Shown here: one piece after another, positions 39,701 to 49,763 of the stretch
Layout of the letters: the number at the start of each line of letters is the position of its first letter
How positions within the stretch are numbered: the first letter of the stretch is position 1
Assembly (NCBI GenBank): GCA_039030125.1
Contig: JBCCEV010000001.1
Coordinates: 1 to 53,609 of the forward strand
Reading direction: 5' to 3'
Source of the DNA: Pseudomonadota bacterium
GTDB taxonomy: Bacteria > Pseudomonadota > Gammaproteobacteria > Ga0077536
DNA length: 53,609 bases
The notes under the pieces: generated by a model
Told to the model about the DNA's origin: nothing
Seen by the model: only the letters and a program-made list of their open reading frames with translations
Databases searched by the model: none
Translations under genes and position numbers: made by a program

Positions 39701-40003
39701 ATGGCGCTTGCTAACTTCCTGCTGATCGGCGCTGTCCTGTTTTGCATCAGCGTCGCCGGGATTTTCATCAACCGGAAAAACGTGATCGTGCTGTTGATGT
39801 GCGTAGAGCTGATGTTGCTGGCGGTGAACATGAACTTCATCGCTTTCTCACATTTTTCCGGCGATGTGGCGGGTCAGGTTTTCGTGTTCTTTATTTTGAC
39901 CGTCGCAGCCGCTGAAGCGGCGATCGGCTTGGCGATACTGGTCGTGCTTTTCCGCAACCGTAATTCTATTAACGTTGAAGATCTAGGGGAGATGCGGGGC
40001 TAA
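39701..40003 (+). CDS. nuoK: NADH-quinone oxidoreductase subunit K
   Basis: 100 aa, three TM segments, with membrane-embedded Glu residues ([18 protein letters not shown]). Confidence 0.9.
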   Translation: MALANFLLIGAVLFCISVAGIFINRKNVIVLLMCVELMLLAVNMNFIAFSHFSGDVAGQVFVFFILTVAAAEAAIGLAILVVLFRNRNSINVEDLGEMRG

Positions 40004-40024
40004 GAAGCCTGCATTTTTGACGTC

Positions 40025-41974
40025 GTGGGGACATTCTGTTTAGCGATCGTACTCGCGCCTCTTACGGGGGCAATCGTCGCCGGTTTGTTTGGCCGGAAAA
40101 TTGGGCGGGCCGGTGCTCATTGGGTCTGTAACCTCGGGGTCGCGATATCGTTCTTTCTCTCAACGTACGTTTTCACCAGCGTCATTGGAACCCATGAGGT
40201 CTATAACGAAGACCTCTACACCTGGCTAGTAGCCGGCGGCGTGCCGCTGAAGATTGGGTTTCTTGTGGACGAACTGACCGCGACCATGATGGTGGTCGTC
40301 ACGTTCGTTTCGTGGATGGTGCACGTCTACACCATCGGTTACATGCATGACGATGATGGTTACCAGCGCTTCTTTGCCTATATTTCGCTATTCACCTTCA
40401 GCATGTTGATGTTGGTCATGTCCAACAACTTCTTGCAGCTCTTCTTCGGTTGGGAAGCCGTTGGTCTGGTTTCTTATCTGCTCATTGGCTTCTGGTTCAC
40501 CCGTGATACCGCGATCTATGCCAACATGAAGGCGTTCTTGGTGAACCGGGTCGGAGATTTCGGATTTCTGCTCGGCATCGCCGCGGTTTTGATGTATTTC
40601 GGCTCACTCGACTACGCGAATGTGTTCGCTCAAGTCGCAGATCACAAAGACACCACGATCACGATTTTCCAAGGCCATGAATGGTCACTGATGACGGTTA
40701 TTTGTCTGCTGTTGTTTGTCGGCGCTATGGGCAAGTCGGCGCAAGTACCGTTGCACGTGTGGTTGCCTGACTCGATGGAAGGCCCGACGCCGATTTCGGC
40801 GCTGATCCACGCGGCAACGATGGTGACCGCGGGGATCTTTATGGTCGCGCGGATGTCGCCATTGTTCGAACTTTCCGTTACGGCCCTATCAACGGTGCTG
40901 GTTATTGGCGCGACTACAGCGTTTTTTATGGGTCTGCTCGGCTTGGTGCAACATGACATCAAGCGCGTTGTTGCTTACTCGACGCTCTCGCAACTCGGTT
41001 ACATGACCGTGGCACTCGGCGTGTCGGCCTACAGCGCGGCAATTTTTCATCTATTCACGCATGCTTTTTTTAAGGCGCTGCTGTTCCTCGGCGCGGGCTC
41101 GGTGATCATCGGTCTGCACCACGAGCAAGACATGCGCAATATGGGCGGCCTGCGCAAATACATGCCGATCACCTGGATCACCTGCTTGATCGGTTCATTG
41201 GCCTTGATCGGATTCCCGGGAACCTCCGGATTCTTCTCCAAGGACGCAATCATCGAAGCTGTCCATCATTCGCATATTCCGGGTCACGGCTACGCGTACT
41301 TCGCCGTTCTCTCGGGAGTATTTATTACCGCGCTCTACAGCTTTCGCATGTTCTTTTTGGTTTTCCATGGTGAAGAACGTATTGACCCTCATGCCAAAGA
41401 GCATTTGCATGAATCGCCCAAGGTCGTGACCGTGCCGCTCATCATGCTTGCTATTCCATCGCTGATTGTTGGTTTGTTTGGTGTGGGGCCGATGGTTTTT
41501 GGCGATTACTTTGGTGAGAGCATTCAAGTACTTGGCGAGCATGATGCACTCAGCGAGGTCGGTTATCACGGCGTCATGCCTTTTATCGCACACGGCTTCG
41601 TGGCAGCGCCATTGTGGCTTGCATTAGCCGGAGTAGGGGCCGCCTATTACCTTTATATGGTGAGACCGGATATTCCAAAGCGTTTGGCCGAGCGCGCGGC
41701 CTGGCTGCATAACATCCTCGTGCAACACTATGGCTTCGATCGCTTCTATAGCTGGTTTTTTGCCGGTGGCGCTCGCGGGACCGGTAAGGTCCTTTGGCAA
41801 TCCGGGGACGTCTCGATCATCGACGGTTTGCTGGTTAATGGCTCGGCGAGGGCCGTTGGTTGGGGCTCGCAAATGCTCCGTCATATTCAATCCGGCTACC
41901 TGTATCACTATGCGTTTGTGATGATCGTGGGGCTGTTATTACTCCTCGTAGCTTTCGTACACGGATGGCTTTAA
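40025..41974 (+). CDS. nuoL: NADH-quinone oxidoreductase subunit L
   Basis: 649 aa. Antiporter-like (ND5/MrpA) core with a C-terminal extension. GTG start. Confidence 0.93.
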   Translation: MGTFCLAIVLAPLTGAIVAGLFGRKIGRAGAHWVCNLGVAISFFLSTYVFTSVIGTHEVYNEDLYTWLVAGGVPLKIGFLVDELTATMMVVVTFVSWMVHVYTIGYMHDDDGYQRFFAYISLFTFSMLMLVMSNNFLQLFFGWEAVGLVSYLLIGFWFTRDTAIYANMKAFLVNRVGDFGFLLGIAAVLMYFGSLDYANVFAQVADHKDTTITIFQGHEWSLMTVICLLLFVGAMGKSAQVPLHVWLPDSMEGPTPISALIHAATMVTAGIFMVARMSPLFELSVTALSTVLVIGATTAFFMGLLGLVQHDIKRVVAYSTLSQLGYMTVALGVSAYSAAIFHLFTHAFFKALLFLGAGSVIIGLHHEQDMRNMGGLRKYMPITWITCLIGSLALIGFPGTSGFFSKDAIIEAVHHSHIPGHGYAYFAVLSGVFITALYSFRMFFLVFHGEERIDPHAKEHLHESPKVVTVPLIMLAIPSLIVGLFGVGPMVFGDYFGESIQVLGEHDALSEVGYHGVMPFIAHGFVAAPLWLALAGVGAAYYLYMVRPDIPKRLAERAAWLHNILVQHYGFDRFYSWFFAGGARGTGKVLWQSGDVSIIDGLLVNGSARAVGWGSQMLRHIQSGYLYHYAFVMIVGLLLLLVAFVHGWL

Positions 41975-42009
41975 AGCTCGGCTAATAAGATTAACAACGA
42001 AGCTACCCC

Positions 42010-43524
42010 ATGAATCTGCCGCTCCTCAGTTTGACAATTTGGCTGCCAATCATTGGCGGATTGTGGGTGATCTTTGCCGGATCAAAGGTGCATTCCCAGG
42101 CTTCTAGGAATGACGCCCTTGTGATCTCGGTCGCAACCTTTGTGCTGTCGTTAATGCTCTACCAGGGTTTCGATAACAGCACCGCGGCAATGCAGTTCGT
42201 GGAGCGAGTCCCGTGGATCCCACAATTCGGTATCAACTATGCCGTTGGGATCGATGGCTTTGCGCTCCCACTGATCTTACTCACCACGTTCACCACGGTA
42301 TTTGTGGTGCTCGCCGCGTGGGAAGTGATCCAGGAGCGCGTCTCTCTGTACATGGGCTCCTTTTTGGTTTTGGAAGGTTTGATGGTTGGGGTGTTTAGTG
42401 CCCTTGATGCAATCCTGTTCTACGTTTTTTGGGAAGCAATGCTAATCCCCATGTTTTTGGCGATTGGGATCTGGGGTGGCCCGCGGCGGGTCTACGCGAC
42501 GATTAAATTTTTCTTGTATACCTTTCTGGGTTCAGTTTTCATGCTCGTCGCGCTTTTGTATTTGTACTTCAAAGGCGGCACGTTTGAGATTGCGGGTCTC
42601 CATGACGCCATGTTGACGCTGACTGAGCAGAAGTGGATTTTTTTCGCATTCTTTTTGGCGTTCGCGGTCAAGATCCCGATGTGGCCGGTCCATACCTGGC
42701 TGCCTGATGCGCACGTTGAGGCGCCGACCGGCGGCTCCGTGATTCTCGCGGCGATTATGTTAAAGATGGGTGGCTACGGCTTTATTCGGTTCTCACTACC
42801 CATCACACCCGATGGCGCAAACGCCTTAGATTGGCTGATTATCTTGTTATCGCTCGTTGCCGTTGTGTACATCGGCTTTGTCGCGATCGTTCAGCAAGAT
42901 ATGAAGAAGCTGATTGCTTACTCCTCAATCTCGCATATGGGTTTTGTGACGCTCGGCTTTTTTGTTGGTTTCCAAATTTTTGCTAAAACTCAAGATTGGG
43001 GCGGTGCGGCCATGGGGCTTGAAGGCGGCATGGTCCAGATGATTTCGCATGGCCTCGTTTCCGCGGCGTTATTTCTTTGCGTAGGGGTGGTCTATGACCG
43101 CATGCATTCGCGGATGATCTCGGATTACGGCGGCGTCGTGAACAAGATGCCGGTGTTCGCGGCTTTCATGCTGCTTTTTGCCATGGCGAATTGCGGTTTA
43201 CCGGGTACATCCGGTTTCGTTGGCGAGTTCTTAGTCATTTTGAGCGTTTTTCAAGCGAACTTTTGGTATGCCTTCTTTGCCGCACTGACCTTGATTCTCG
43301 GTGCCGCGTACACGCTGTGGATGTACAAACGTGTCATCTTCGGCGCGGTCGCGAATGACAACGTGCAAACGCTGACCGATGTTAACGGCCGCGAGAAGTT
43401 TATTCTGGCCGTGCTCGCCGTTTCGGTCCTCGCTTTGGGTCTCTATCCGGCACCGCTACTGGAGATGATGCAACCCTCGGTGAGCGAACTCGTCGCTCAT
43501 ATCAGTCAATCTAAGATCCCCTAG
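42010..43524 (+). CDS. nuoM: NADH-quinone oxidoreductase subunit M
   Basis: 504 aa. ND4-like antiporter subunit (WLPDAHVEAPTGGSVILA). Confidence 0.93.
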   Translation: MNLPLLSLTIWLPIIGGLWVIFAGSKVHSQASRNDALVISVATFVLSLMLYQGFDNSTAAMQFVERVPWIPQFGINYAVGIDGFALPLILLTTFTTVFVVLAAWEVIQERVSLYMGSFLVLEGLMVGVFSALDAILFYVFWEAMLIPMFLAIGIWGGPRRVYATIKFFLYTFLGSVFMLVALLYLYFKGGTFEIAGLHDAMLTLTEQKWIFFAFFLAFAVKIPMWPVHTWLPDAHVEAPTGGSVILAAIMLKMGGYGFIRFSLPITPDGANALDWLIILLSLVAVVYIGFVAIVQQDMKKLIAYSSISHMGFVTLGFFVGFQIFAKTQDWGGAAMGLEGGMVQMISHGLVSAALFLCVGVVYDRMHSRMISDYGGVVNKMPVFAAFMLLFAMANCGLPGTSGFVGEFLVILSVFQANFWYAFFAALTLILGAAYTLWMYKRVIFGAVANDNVQTLTDVNGREKFILAVLAVSVLALGLYPAPLLEMMQPSVSELVAHISQSKIP

Positions 43525-43532
43525 GCTCAACC

Positions 43533-44960
43533 ATGAGTGATATCGGTTTAGTTATCCCAGAAGCATCCCTTACCACCCTGGCGTGTTTGGTGCTTATGGT
43601 TGATGTTTTTCGTGGCGGGCGCACTTGGTTGATCACCTTTTGGGCTGGCGTACTGTCGGTCTTGTTGGTGTTGCTCACCATCACGGTCTGGTTCCCGATT
43701 CAATCTAGCACCGCGTTTTATCAAACCGTGCAGATCGATGTGATGTCTGCGGTGCTCAAGGCCTTTGTGCTGGTCATGGTGATGATGAGCTTCTTCTACG
43801 CCAAGGAGTATTTTGAGCAGCAGGCACGAGCCATACCGGAATTTTTTGTACTGGCGCTATTCGCGACGCTCGGCATGATGGTATTGATCTCCGCTGGCAG
43901 CTTGGTCACGGTGTATCTCGGCTTAGAGCTTTTGTCGCTTTCGCTTTACGCGATGGTGGCCATGGATCGTGATTCAGTGAAAGCCTCCGAAGCTGCGATG
44001 AAATATTTCATTTTGGGCGCGCTCGCTTCTGGAATGTTGCTCTATGGCATGTCGATGATTTACGGGGTCACCGGCACGCTCGATTTAGCCCTGATCGCAG
44101 AACAAAGCACAGCAGACGAGAAAACGCTGCTGCTGGTGTTCGGCCTGGCATTCATGCTCACTGGTATCGCATTCAAACTCGGGGTCGCTCCGTTTCACAT
44201 GTGGGTGCCGGATGTTTATCAAGGCGCTTCGACACCGGTGACGCTATTCATCAGTTCCGCGCCAAAACTAGCGGCATTCGCGCTCGCGATGCGGGTGCTC
44301 ACAGAAGGGCTGAGTGGCCTGGTCGTAGACTGGCAGCAAATGCTGATGATTCTCGCGGTGTTGTCCATGGCAATCGGCAATATCGTTGCCATTGCGCAAA
44401 CCAATATCAAACGGATGCTGGCCTACTCGACAGTGGCTCATATGGGTTTTCTGTTACTGGGTTTAATTGCGGCGAATGCCCTGGGATACGCAGGCGCGAT
44501 GTTCTACGCGATCGTCTATTCCCTCACAAGCATGGGCGCGTTCGGAGCAGTGATCGTGCTTTCGCGCAAGGGTCAAGATGGGGAGCAGCTCAGTGATTTT
44601 GCCGGTTTGTCCAAGCGCAGCCCATGGATCGCATTCCTGATCTTGGTCTTAATGTTCTCCCTGGCAGGCGTGCCGCCGTTCGCCGGTTTTTGGGCCAAAT
44701 GGTTTGTCCTCAAAGAACTGGTAGGGGCCGGTTACGTTTGGTTGGCTGCCGTCGCGGTTTTCTTCTCCATAATCGGCGCGTTCTACTACCTGCGAGTCGT
44801 TAAGCTAATGTACTTTGACGAACCGATGCGCCATGACGGCTTGGCTGCAAGCAGCGATATGCGCTTGGTGTTTAGCGTTAACAGCCTCGCAATAGTTGCC
44901 TTGGGGATTCTCCCTGGCAGCTTAATGTCGGTGTGTGAGAAGGCGTTACTCGCCTTCTGA
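43533..44960 (+). CDS. nuoN: NADH-quinone oxidoreductase subunit N
   Basis: 475 aa. ND2-like antiporter subunit (PFHMWVPDVYQGASTPVT). Last gene of the cluster. Confidence 0.92.
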   Translation: MSDIGLVIPEASLTTLACLVLMVDVFRGGRTWLITFWAGVLSVLLVLLTITVWFPIQSSTAFYQTVQIDVMSAVLKAFVLVMVMMSFFYAKEYFEQQARAIPEFFVLALFATLGMMVLISAGSLVTVYLGLELLSLSLYAMVAMDRDSVKASEAAMKYFILGALASGMLLYGMSMIYGVTGTLDLALIAEQSTADEKTLLLVFGLAFMLTGIAFKLGVAPFHMWVPDVYQGASTPVTLFISSAPKLAAFALAMRVLTEGLSGLVVDWQQMLMILAVLSMAIGNIVAIAQTNIKRMLAYSTVAHMGFLLLGLIAANALGYAGAMFYAIVYSLTSMGAFGAVIVLSRKGQDGEQLSDFAGLSKRSPWIAFLILVLMFSLAGVPPFAGFWAKWFVLKELVGAGYVWLAAVAVFFSIIGAFYYLRVVKLMYFDEPMRHDGLAASSDMRLVFSVNSLAIVALGILPGSLMSVCEKALLAF

Positions 44961-45824
44961 ATGGGGCGGCGTTACCGCGCCGAACATGCCCAGTTTCTTG
45001 CCGACCTGCACCGGCGTCCCGGCCCGTAGATCATTGCGCCACCTAAATATCTCATTGGCGCCGATTATGATCACCGTCGAGCCCATTAGGAAACGCCCCA
45101 ACTCGTCGCCTTTCGTGAATGCAAGATTCAGATCTGATTGCTGTGAGTCGATTTTTGGGTCTGCACCCACATTACCGAAGCGATCGCTATCAGAGAGTTT
45201 GAACTCGATCCCGCCAACGCATAAAGCGCCGACGGCGACGAAGGCAAAGTCTCCCACTGCGGCGCTGAATCGGGCAACGATCCGTTCATTGCGTGCAAAC
45301 AAATTGCTCAGGGTCGCGGCGGTTCGCTGGTTGACCGAAAATAAGTCTCCAGGAATATGGCGAATCGCTTGCAGCGTCGCATCTATAGGCATGTGGAAAC
45401 GATGATAATCGCGCGGTGAGAGATAGACGGTGATAAAGCTCGCAGCCTCGAAATTCGGGTCTAGCGTCTGCTCGCCTAATAGCTCGGCAACACCGTAGTT
45501 CCGGCCCTTAGCCTGTATGAGTTGCCCGTCTTTCGCGTATCCAATTTCACTGATCACGCCATCGGCCGGACAGGCGACGCTCTTGGGATCCGGATCGATG
45601 GGTCGTGAACCGTCTTGTAACTGGCGGGTAAAGAAAGCATTAAATGTGGCATAGCTGCTGAAAGCCTGATCTCGGGCTTCGCCCATGTCGATGTGAAAAA
45701 GGCGCGCGAACGCGCGAATAAAAAGCGGTGTAAAGATCGGTATCGGGGTTGCGCTCAGCCAGCCTGCGAACCGTGAGATGAGGTGTTTGGGCAGCGCGTG
45801 TTGAATCGCCGTAAGAAGATCCAA
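44946..45824 (-). CDS. psd: Phosphatidylserine decarboxylase proenzyme
   Basis: 292 aa, PSD family throughout. Self-cleavage-type G-S-T (FLMGSTVII) near the C-terminus. Its 3' end overlaps nuoN by 15 nt. Confidence 0.9.
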   Translation of the reverse strand: MDLLTAIQHALPKHLISRFAGWLSATPIPIFTPLFIRAFARLFHIDMGEARDQAFSSYATFNAFFTRQLQDGSRPIDPDPKSVACPADGVISEIGYAKDGQLIQAKGRNYGVAELLGEQTLDPNFEAASFITVYLSPRDYHRFHMPIDATLQAIRHIPGDLFSVNQRTAATLSNLFARNERIVARFSAAVGDFAFVAVGALCVGGIEFKLSDSDRFGNVGADPKIDSQQSDLNLAFTKGDELGRFLMGSTVIIIGANEIFRWRNDLRAGTPVQVGKKLGMFGAVTPPHSEGE

Positions 45825-45842
45825 GGGGGCTATCCTTTGTGA

Positions 45843-46490
45843 TTAGCCTTGTGCATCGACAAAATCGGCTATCGCCGAGAAATGCTCAACAATTCTTGCC
45901 GGTGTATGTGGTGGCCGGAGCAGGCCAACCAATCGGCCTTTGGGATCGATAAGGAATACACCGGCTGAGTGGTCCATGGTGTATTCGTCTTTAGCGATGG
46001 GTACGCGCACAAACAAAGCACCGATGCTTTGTGCCAAAGTCGTTAGCATCTCCTCGCTGCCGGTAACGCCATGAAATGCACGGTTGAAATAACTCACGTA
46101 TTGTTTGAGCTGCTCTGGCCCGTCGCGCTCGGGATCCACGGAGATAAAAACGACCTGACCTGTCTCGCCAAAATGGCCGTTAGATTGAAGCTCAGGGAAC
46201 GCACTATTTAAGGTCGCCAAGGTAGTCGGACAGATGTCCGGGCAATGGGTAAAGCCGAAAAATACCAGCGACCATTTATTTAGAAAGGCGCCGCGGTCAA
46301 AATCGCGTCCTTCATAGTCTTTCAACACGAAATCGGGTAGCGGGCGTGCCGCGGGCCATAAGAGACCGGGTACTTCGGCGCCTGGCGCATTGGGTTTCAC
46401 CCACTGCTGGACGGTTAAACCGGCGGCGAAGGCGAGCCCCATGGCGACTGCGAGGATGAGGTAGGGTGTGTGGCTGCTGGATTTCTGCAT
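45843..46490 (-). CDS. SCO1/SenC-family copper chaperone / thiol-disulfide protein
   Basis: CPDICP (CxxxC) motif in FGFTHCPDICPTTL, with the distal His in YTMDHSAGVFLIDP. N-terminal TM anchor. Start set at MQKSSSH. Confidence 0.85.
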   Translation of the reverse strand: MQKSSSHTPYLILAVAMGLAFAAGLTVQQWVKPNAPGAEVPGLLWPAARPLPDFVLKDYEGRDFDRGAFLNKWSLVFFGFTHCPDICPTTLATLNSAFPELQSNGHFGETGQVVFISVDPERDGPEQLKQYVSYFNRAFHGVTGSEEMLTTLAQSIGALFVRVPIAKDEYTMDHSAGVFLIDPKGRLVGLLRPPHTPARIVEHFSAIADFVDAQG

Positions 46491-46650
46491 TGCACGATTA
46501 TATCCGGCCGCTGTCGTGTGAGCTTGCAAATAGCTGCTCTAGCGGGGACCATAGCTGCCCTTAGAGTTCAGCTCAATTGACGTTTGCAAACCTTTCTTTC
46601 CCATCGCATATGTATCAGTGTGCCCGCCCACGCTGAGTGGCCTCGCGCGC

Positions 46651-47973
46651 ATGGCTGAAGATAATCCTCGCAAACTTGGGAAATACGAAGTCAAGGAAGA
46701 AGTAGGACGCGGCAGTATGGGCGTGGTTTATCGTGCCCACGATCCCTACGTCAATCGCGCCGTGGCCGTCAAAGTCGCCCTCACCGATGCTCTCAGAGAC
46801 GACGAATCGAGCGAACGTTTTCGCAAAATGTTCTTCAACGAAGCACATACCGCGGGCATGCTTCGCCACCCCAATATTCTCGACATTTTCGATGCCGGCG
46901 TGGACGAGGATAAGTGTTATATCGTTATGGAGCTGGTGGCCAACGGCGACACCTTAAGGCCCTATTGCAAAGCTGAGAAGCTGCTGCCCGTTAATGAGGT
47001 CGCGGAAATCATTTTTAAGTGCGCGAAGGCACTTGACTACGCGCATCGGCAAGGCGTTATTCATCGAGATATCAAACCCTCGAACATCCTGGTGACCGAT
47101 GAGCAGGACGTCAAGATCGCCGACTTCAGTATTGCCCATATTGCGCGCACTGACATGACGCAAACGATGCCGATGGGTTTTGTTGGTTCACCCCGCTATA
47201 TGTCGCCCGAGCAGGTGCACGAAGATGTGATTACAAACCAAACAGACATTTTTTCATTGGGGATCGTGGCCTACGAAATGGTGACCGGGCACCATCCGTT
47301 CGGGGGCGAGAGTTTCTCGAGCCTGGTACACAAAATCGTCAATGTCGACCCGACGCCAATGACCGACTATCGCTCCGATACGCCGCAAGTCCTCGAGCGT
47401 ATTATTCGCCGGGCGCTGGAAAAGACCACTGAGCGCCGCTACCGCACCGGTATGGACTTGGCATCAGATCTGAGTATGGCCTTCACTCATTTGGAACGCC
47501 CTCAAGAAGACATTTCCGTCAAAGACAAATTCAACCGCCTCAAGGAACTCGATTTCTTTAATGGCTTTCCAGACTCGGAGATCTGGGAAATTATTAGAGC
47601 CAGTGTGTGGCAGGAAGCCGATGTGGACGAGGTGGTTATCGAGGAAGGAGATGTTGGTGATGCACTCTACATCATCATTCAGGGGCGCGTGAACGTGACC
47701 AAGCGTGGACATCAGATCAGTCAGCTCCAGGAAGGCCAGTGTTTCGGCGAGATCAGTTATCTCAAGCGCCGCACTCGAACCGCCACAATCAGCGCCGACG
47801 GCCCCCTATCCTTGATGAAACTCAATGCCACGTTACTTGAACAAGTGAGTGCCGATTGTCAGGTGCGGTTCTATAAGGTCTTTTTGGAAATCCTGATCGA
47901 TCGTTTAACGGAAACAACTGAAACGCTGGTTAACGTTTCGAGTCCCGAGCCTTCGATAGATACCGCTCAATAA
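46651..47973 (+). CDS. Hanks-type Ser/Thr protein kinase fused to a C-terminal cyclic-nucleotide-binding domain (paralog 1)
   Basis: 440 aa. Kinase motifs GRGSMG, VAVKV, HRDIKPSN, DFS, SPRYMSPE. cNMP domain with FGEISYL...RTRTATISA. No TM segment. Confidence 0.85.
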   Translation: MAEDNPRKLGKYEVKEEVGRGSMGVVYRAHDPYVNRAVAVKVALTDALRDDESSERFRKMFFNEAHTAGMLRHPNILDIFDAGVDEDKCYIVMELVANGDTLRPYCKAEKLLPVNEVAEIIFKCAKALDYAHRQGVIHRDIKPSNILVTDEQDVKIADFSIAHIARTDMTQTMPMGFVGSPRYMSPEQVHEDVITNQTDIFSLGIVAYEMVTGHHPFGGESFSSLVHKIVNVDPTPMTDYRSDTPQVLERIIRRALEKTTERRYRTGMDLASDLSMAFTHLERPQEDISVKDKFNRLKELDFFNGFPDSEIWEIIRASVWQEADVDEVVIEEGDVGDALYIIIQGRVNVTKRGHQISQLQEGQCFGEISYLKRRTRTATISADGPLSLMKLNATLLEQVSADCQVRFYKVFLEILIDRLTETTETLVNVSSPEPSIDTAQ

Positions 47974-49543
47974 GTTGTTGCGTCGACCCATCGTGGGAAC
48001 GCGTGGCATTTCCTGCGATTTCGCCCTCAATATCATCCGCAAGCGCTTTACCGAGTTCGACGCCCCACTGATCGAATGAATTGATCTGCCACAACAGGCC
48101 CAGCACAAAGGTTTTGTGTTCATACATTGCCAGTAAGCTTCCCAGTGACTGTGGGCTCAATGTATCCAAAAGGATCATGTTGGAAGGTTTGTTACCGGGC
48201 GTGCGTCGGTGATTGGCGAGTTCTCCGTCGCCAACGATATCGCGGCCGATCATCAAACCTTCAGCTTGGGCGAAACAATTAGCAATCAAGGCATCATGAT
48301 GCTCGGTGTTGGCGGTGGCTTCTAGGACTGCGATGAAGTCGATGGGCACCGTTTGCGTACCTTGATGAAGCATTTGAAAAAACGCGTGTTGCGCATTGGT
48401 GCCAATACCGCCCCATACGACCGGCACGGTGTGATGGTGAATTGGTTCACCATTTGAATCGACCCGTTTGCCGTTACTCTCCATTTCTAGCTGTTGAAGG
48501 AAAGCCGCTAAATCACGCAGCCGATCGTCGTAAGGCATGACCGCGTAGTTGTTCAGCTCGCACATGTTGCGATTCCAAAATCCGACTAGCGCAGCGATTA
48601 TCGGCAGGTTCTCGGCGACCGGCGAAGAGGCGAAATGCTCATCCATGTCTGCCGCGCCGCGGAGCAAAGCCCTGAAATTATCCATACCAATGAGCATGGC
48701 AATGGGAAGTCCAATTGCTGACCACAGTGAAAATCGCCCGCCGACCCAATCCCACATCGGGAAAATATTCTGCTCGGCGATCCCAAAGTCGACCGCTTTT
48801 GTGACATTCGCGCTCACCGCGACGAAATGTTGAGCGGTGGCGTCATCGTCTTTGAGTTCGCTCAACAGCCACGCCCTCGCCGATAGCGCATTGAGCAAGG
48901 TTTCTTTGGTACCAAACGATTTTGACGCGACGATGAATAAAGTTTCAGCGGGGTTAAGCGGGGTGACGACTCGCGCGAATTCGGCATCATCAACGTTAGC
49001 CAAAAAATGAACCCGGCAATTCCCGGTGCCATACCCTCGCAAAGCGTCGCTGACTAGTTGTGGTCCCAGATGCGAGCCACCGATCCCAATGTTGACCACA
49101 TCGGTGATTTGCTTACCAGTGTGGCCGCGCCAAACTCCGGTATGGACATCAGCAACGAGCTGTTCAACGCGCTTTAGCGTCTGTGCGACGTCTTCGGCAA
49201 TGTTTGGGTGCTGCTGCTCGAAAGCGCTAGCGGATTTTGCGCGTAGAGCGGTGTGGAGTACTGGCCGCTGCTCCGAAACGTTGAGGATGTCACCGGCGAA
49301 TTGATGCTCTATTTGCTTTGTGATCTCAAGCTGTTCAACCAGCGCCAACAGAGCTCGCAGCGCGTCGTCGTCGATTAGATTTTTGGAGTAATCGAAAAAG
49401 ACACCGTTTGGCCCAGCGGCGCTCATGTGTGTTTGGCGTTGCGGGTCGCCATCGAAGAGATCAGCGACCCTTACATCGGCGAGCCGCTCACGATGCTTGA
49501 AAAGCGCCGACCATAAGGGGTTGTTATGCGTGCTGCTTGGCAT
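47930..49543 (-). CDS. pgi: Glucose-6-phosphate isomerase
   Basis: 537 aa from MPSSTHNNPLW. PGI family throughout (GIGGSHLGP, FDQWGVELGK). Its 3' end overlaps kinase paralog 1 by 44 nt. Confidence 0.95.
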   Translation of the reverse strand: MPSSTHNNPLWSALFKHRERLADVRVADLFDGDPQRQTHMSAAGPNGVFFDYSKNLIDDDALRALLALVEQLEITKQIEHQFAGDILNVSEQRPVLHTALRAKSASAFEQQHPNIAEDVAQTLKRVEQLVADVHTGVWRGHTGKQITDVVNIGIGGSHLGPQLVSDALRGYGTGNCRVHFLANVDDAEFARVVTPLNPAETLFIVASKSFGTKETLLNALSARAWLLSELKDDDATAQHFVAVSANVTKAVDFGIAEQNIFPMWDWVGGRFSLWSAIGLPIAMLIGMDNFRALLRGAADMDEHFASSPVAENLPIIAALVGFWNRNMCELNNYAVMPYDDRLRDLAAFLQQLEMESNGKRVDSNGEPIHHHTVPVVWGGIGTNAQHAFFQMLHQGTQTVPIDFIAVLEATANTEHHDALIANCFAQAEGLMIGRDIVGDGELANHRRTPGNKPSNMILLDTLSPQSLGSLLAMYEHKTFVLGLLWQINSFDQWGVELGKALADDIEGEIAGNATRSHDGSTQQLIERYLSKARDSKR

Positions 49544-49763
49544 GCCACTTCCATCGTCTGACAAAAACACGATTGTACGCTCCTGCGATGCAAAAATTGT
49601 GCGTTACCAGACACATAGCAGCGTTTGGATGACCACTTCCGGCTGTCTTAATGGGTAGAATTGAATTACCATGACTGCCCACTTGGGACGGCCCGCACGC
49701 ATATTTTGACGACGGGCGGGGGATCCTCGTTGGAATTACTCCACTCAGAACTAAAGATAGATT

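Noticed and set aside
49596-49613. A CRP-like site, TGTGC-gttacc-AGACA, upstream of kinase 2 / pgi. It is tempting given the cNMP theme.
   Set aside because: Only one half-site is close to TGTGA. The second matches 3 of 5 positions of TCACA. That is too weak to call without a matrix scan and conservation data.
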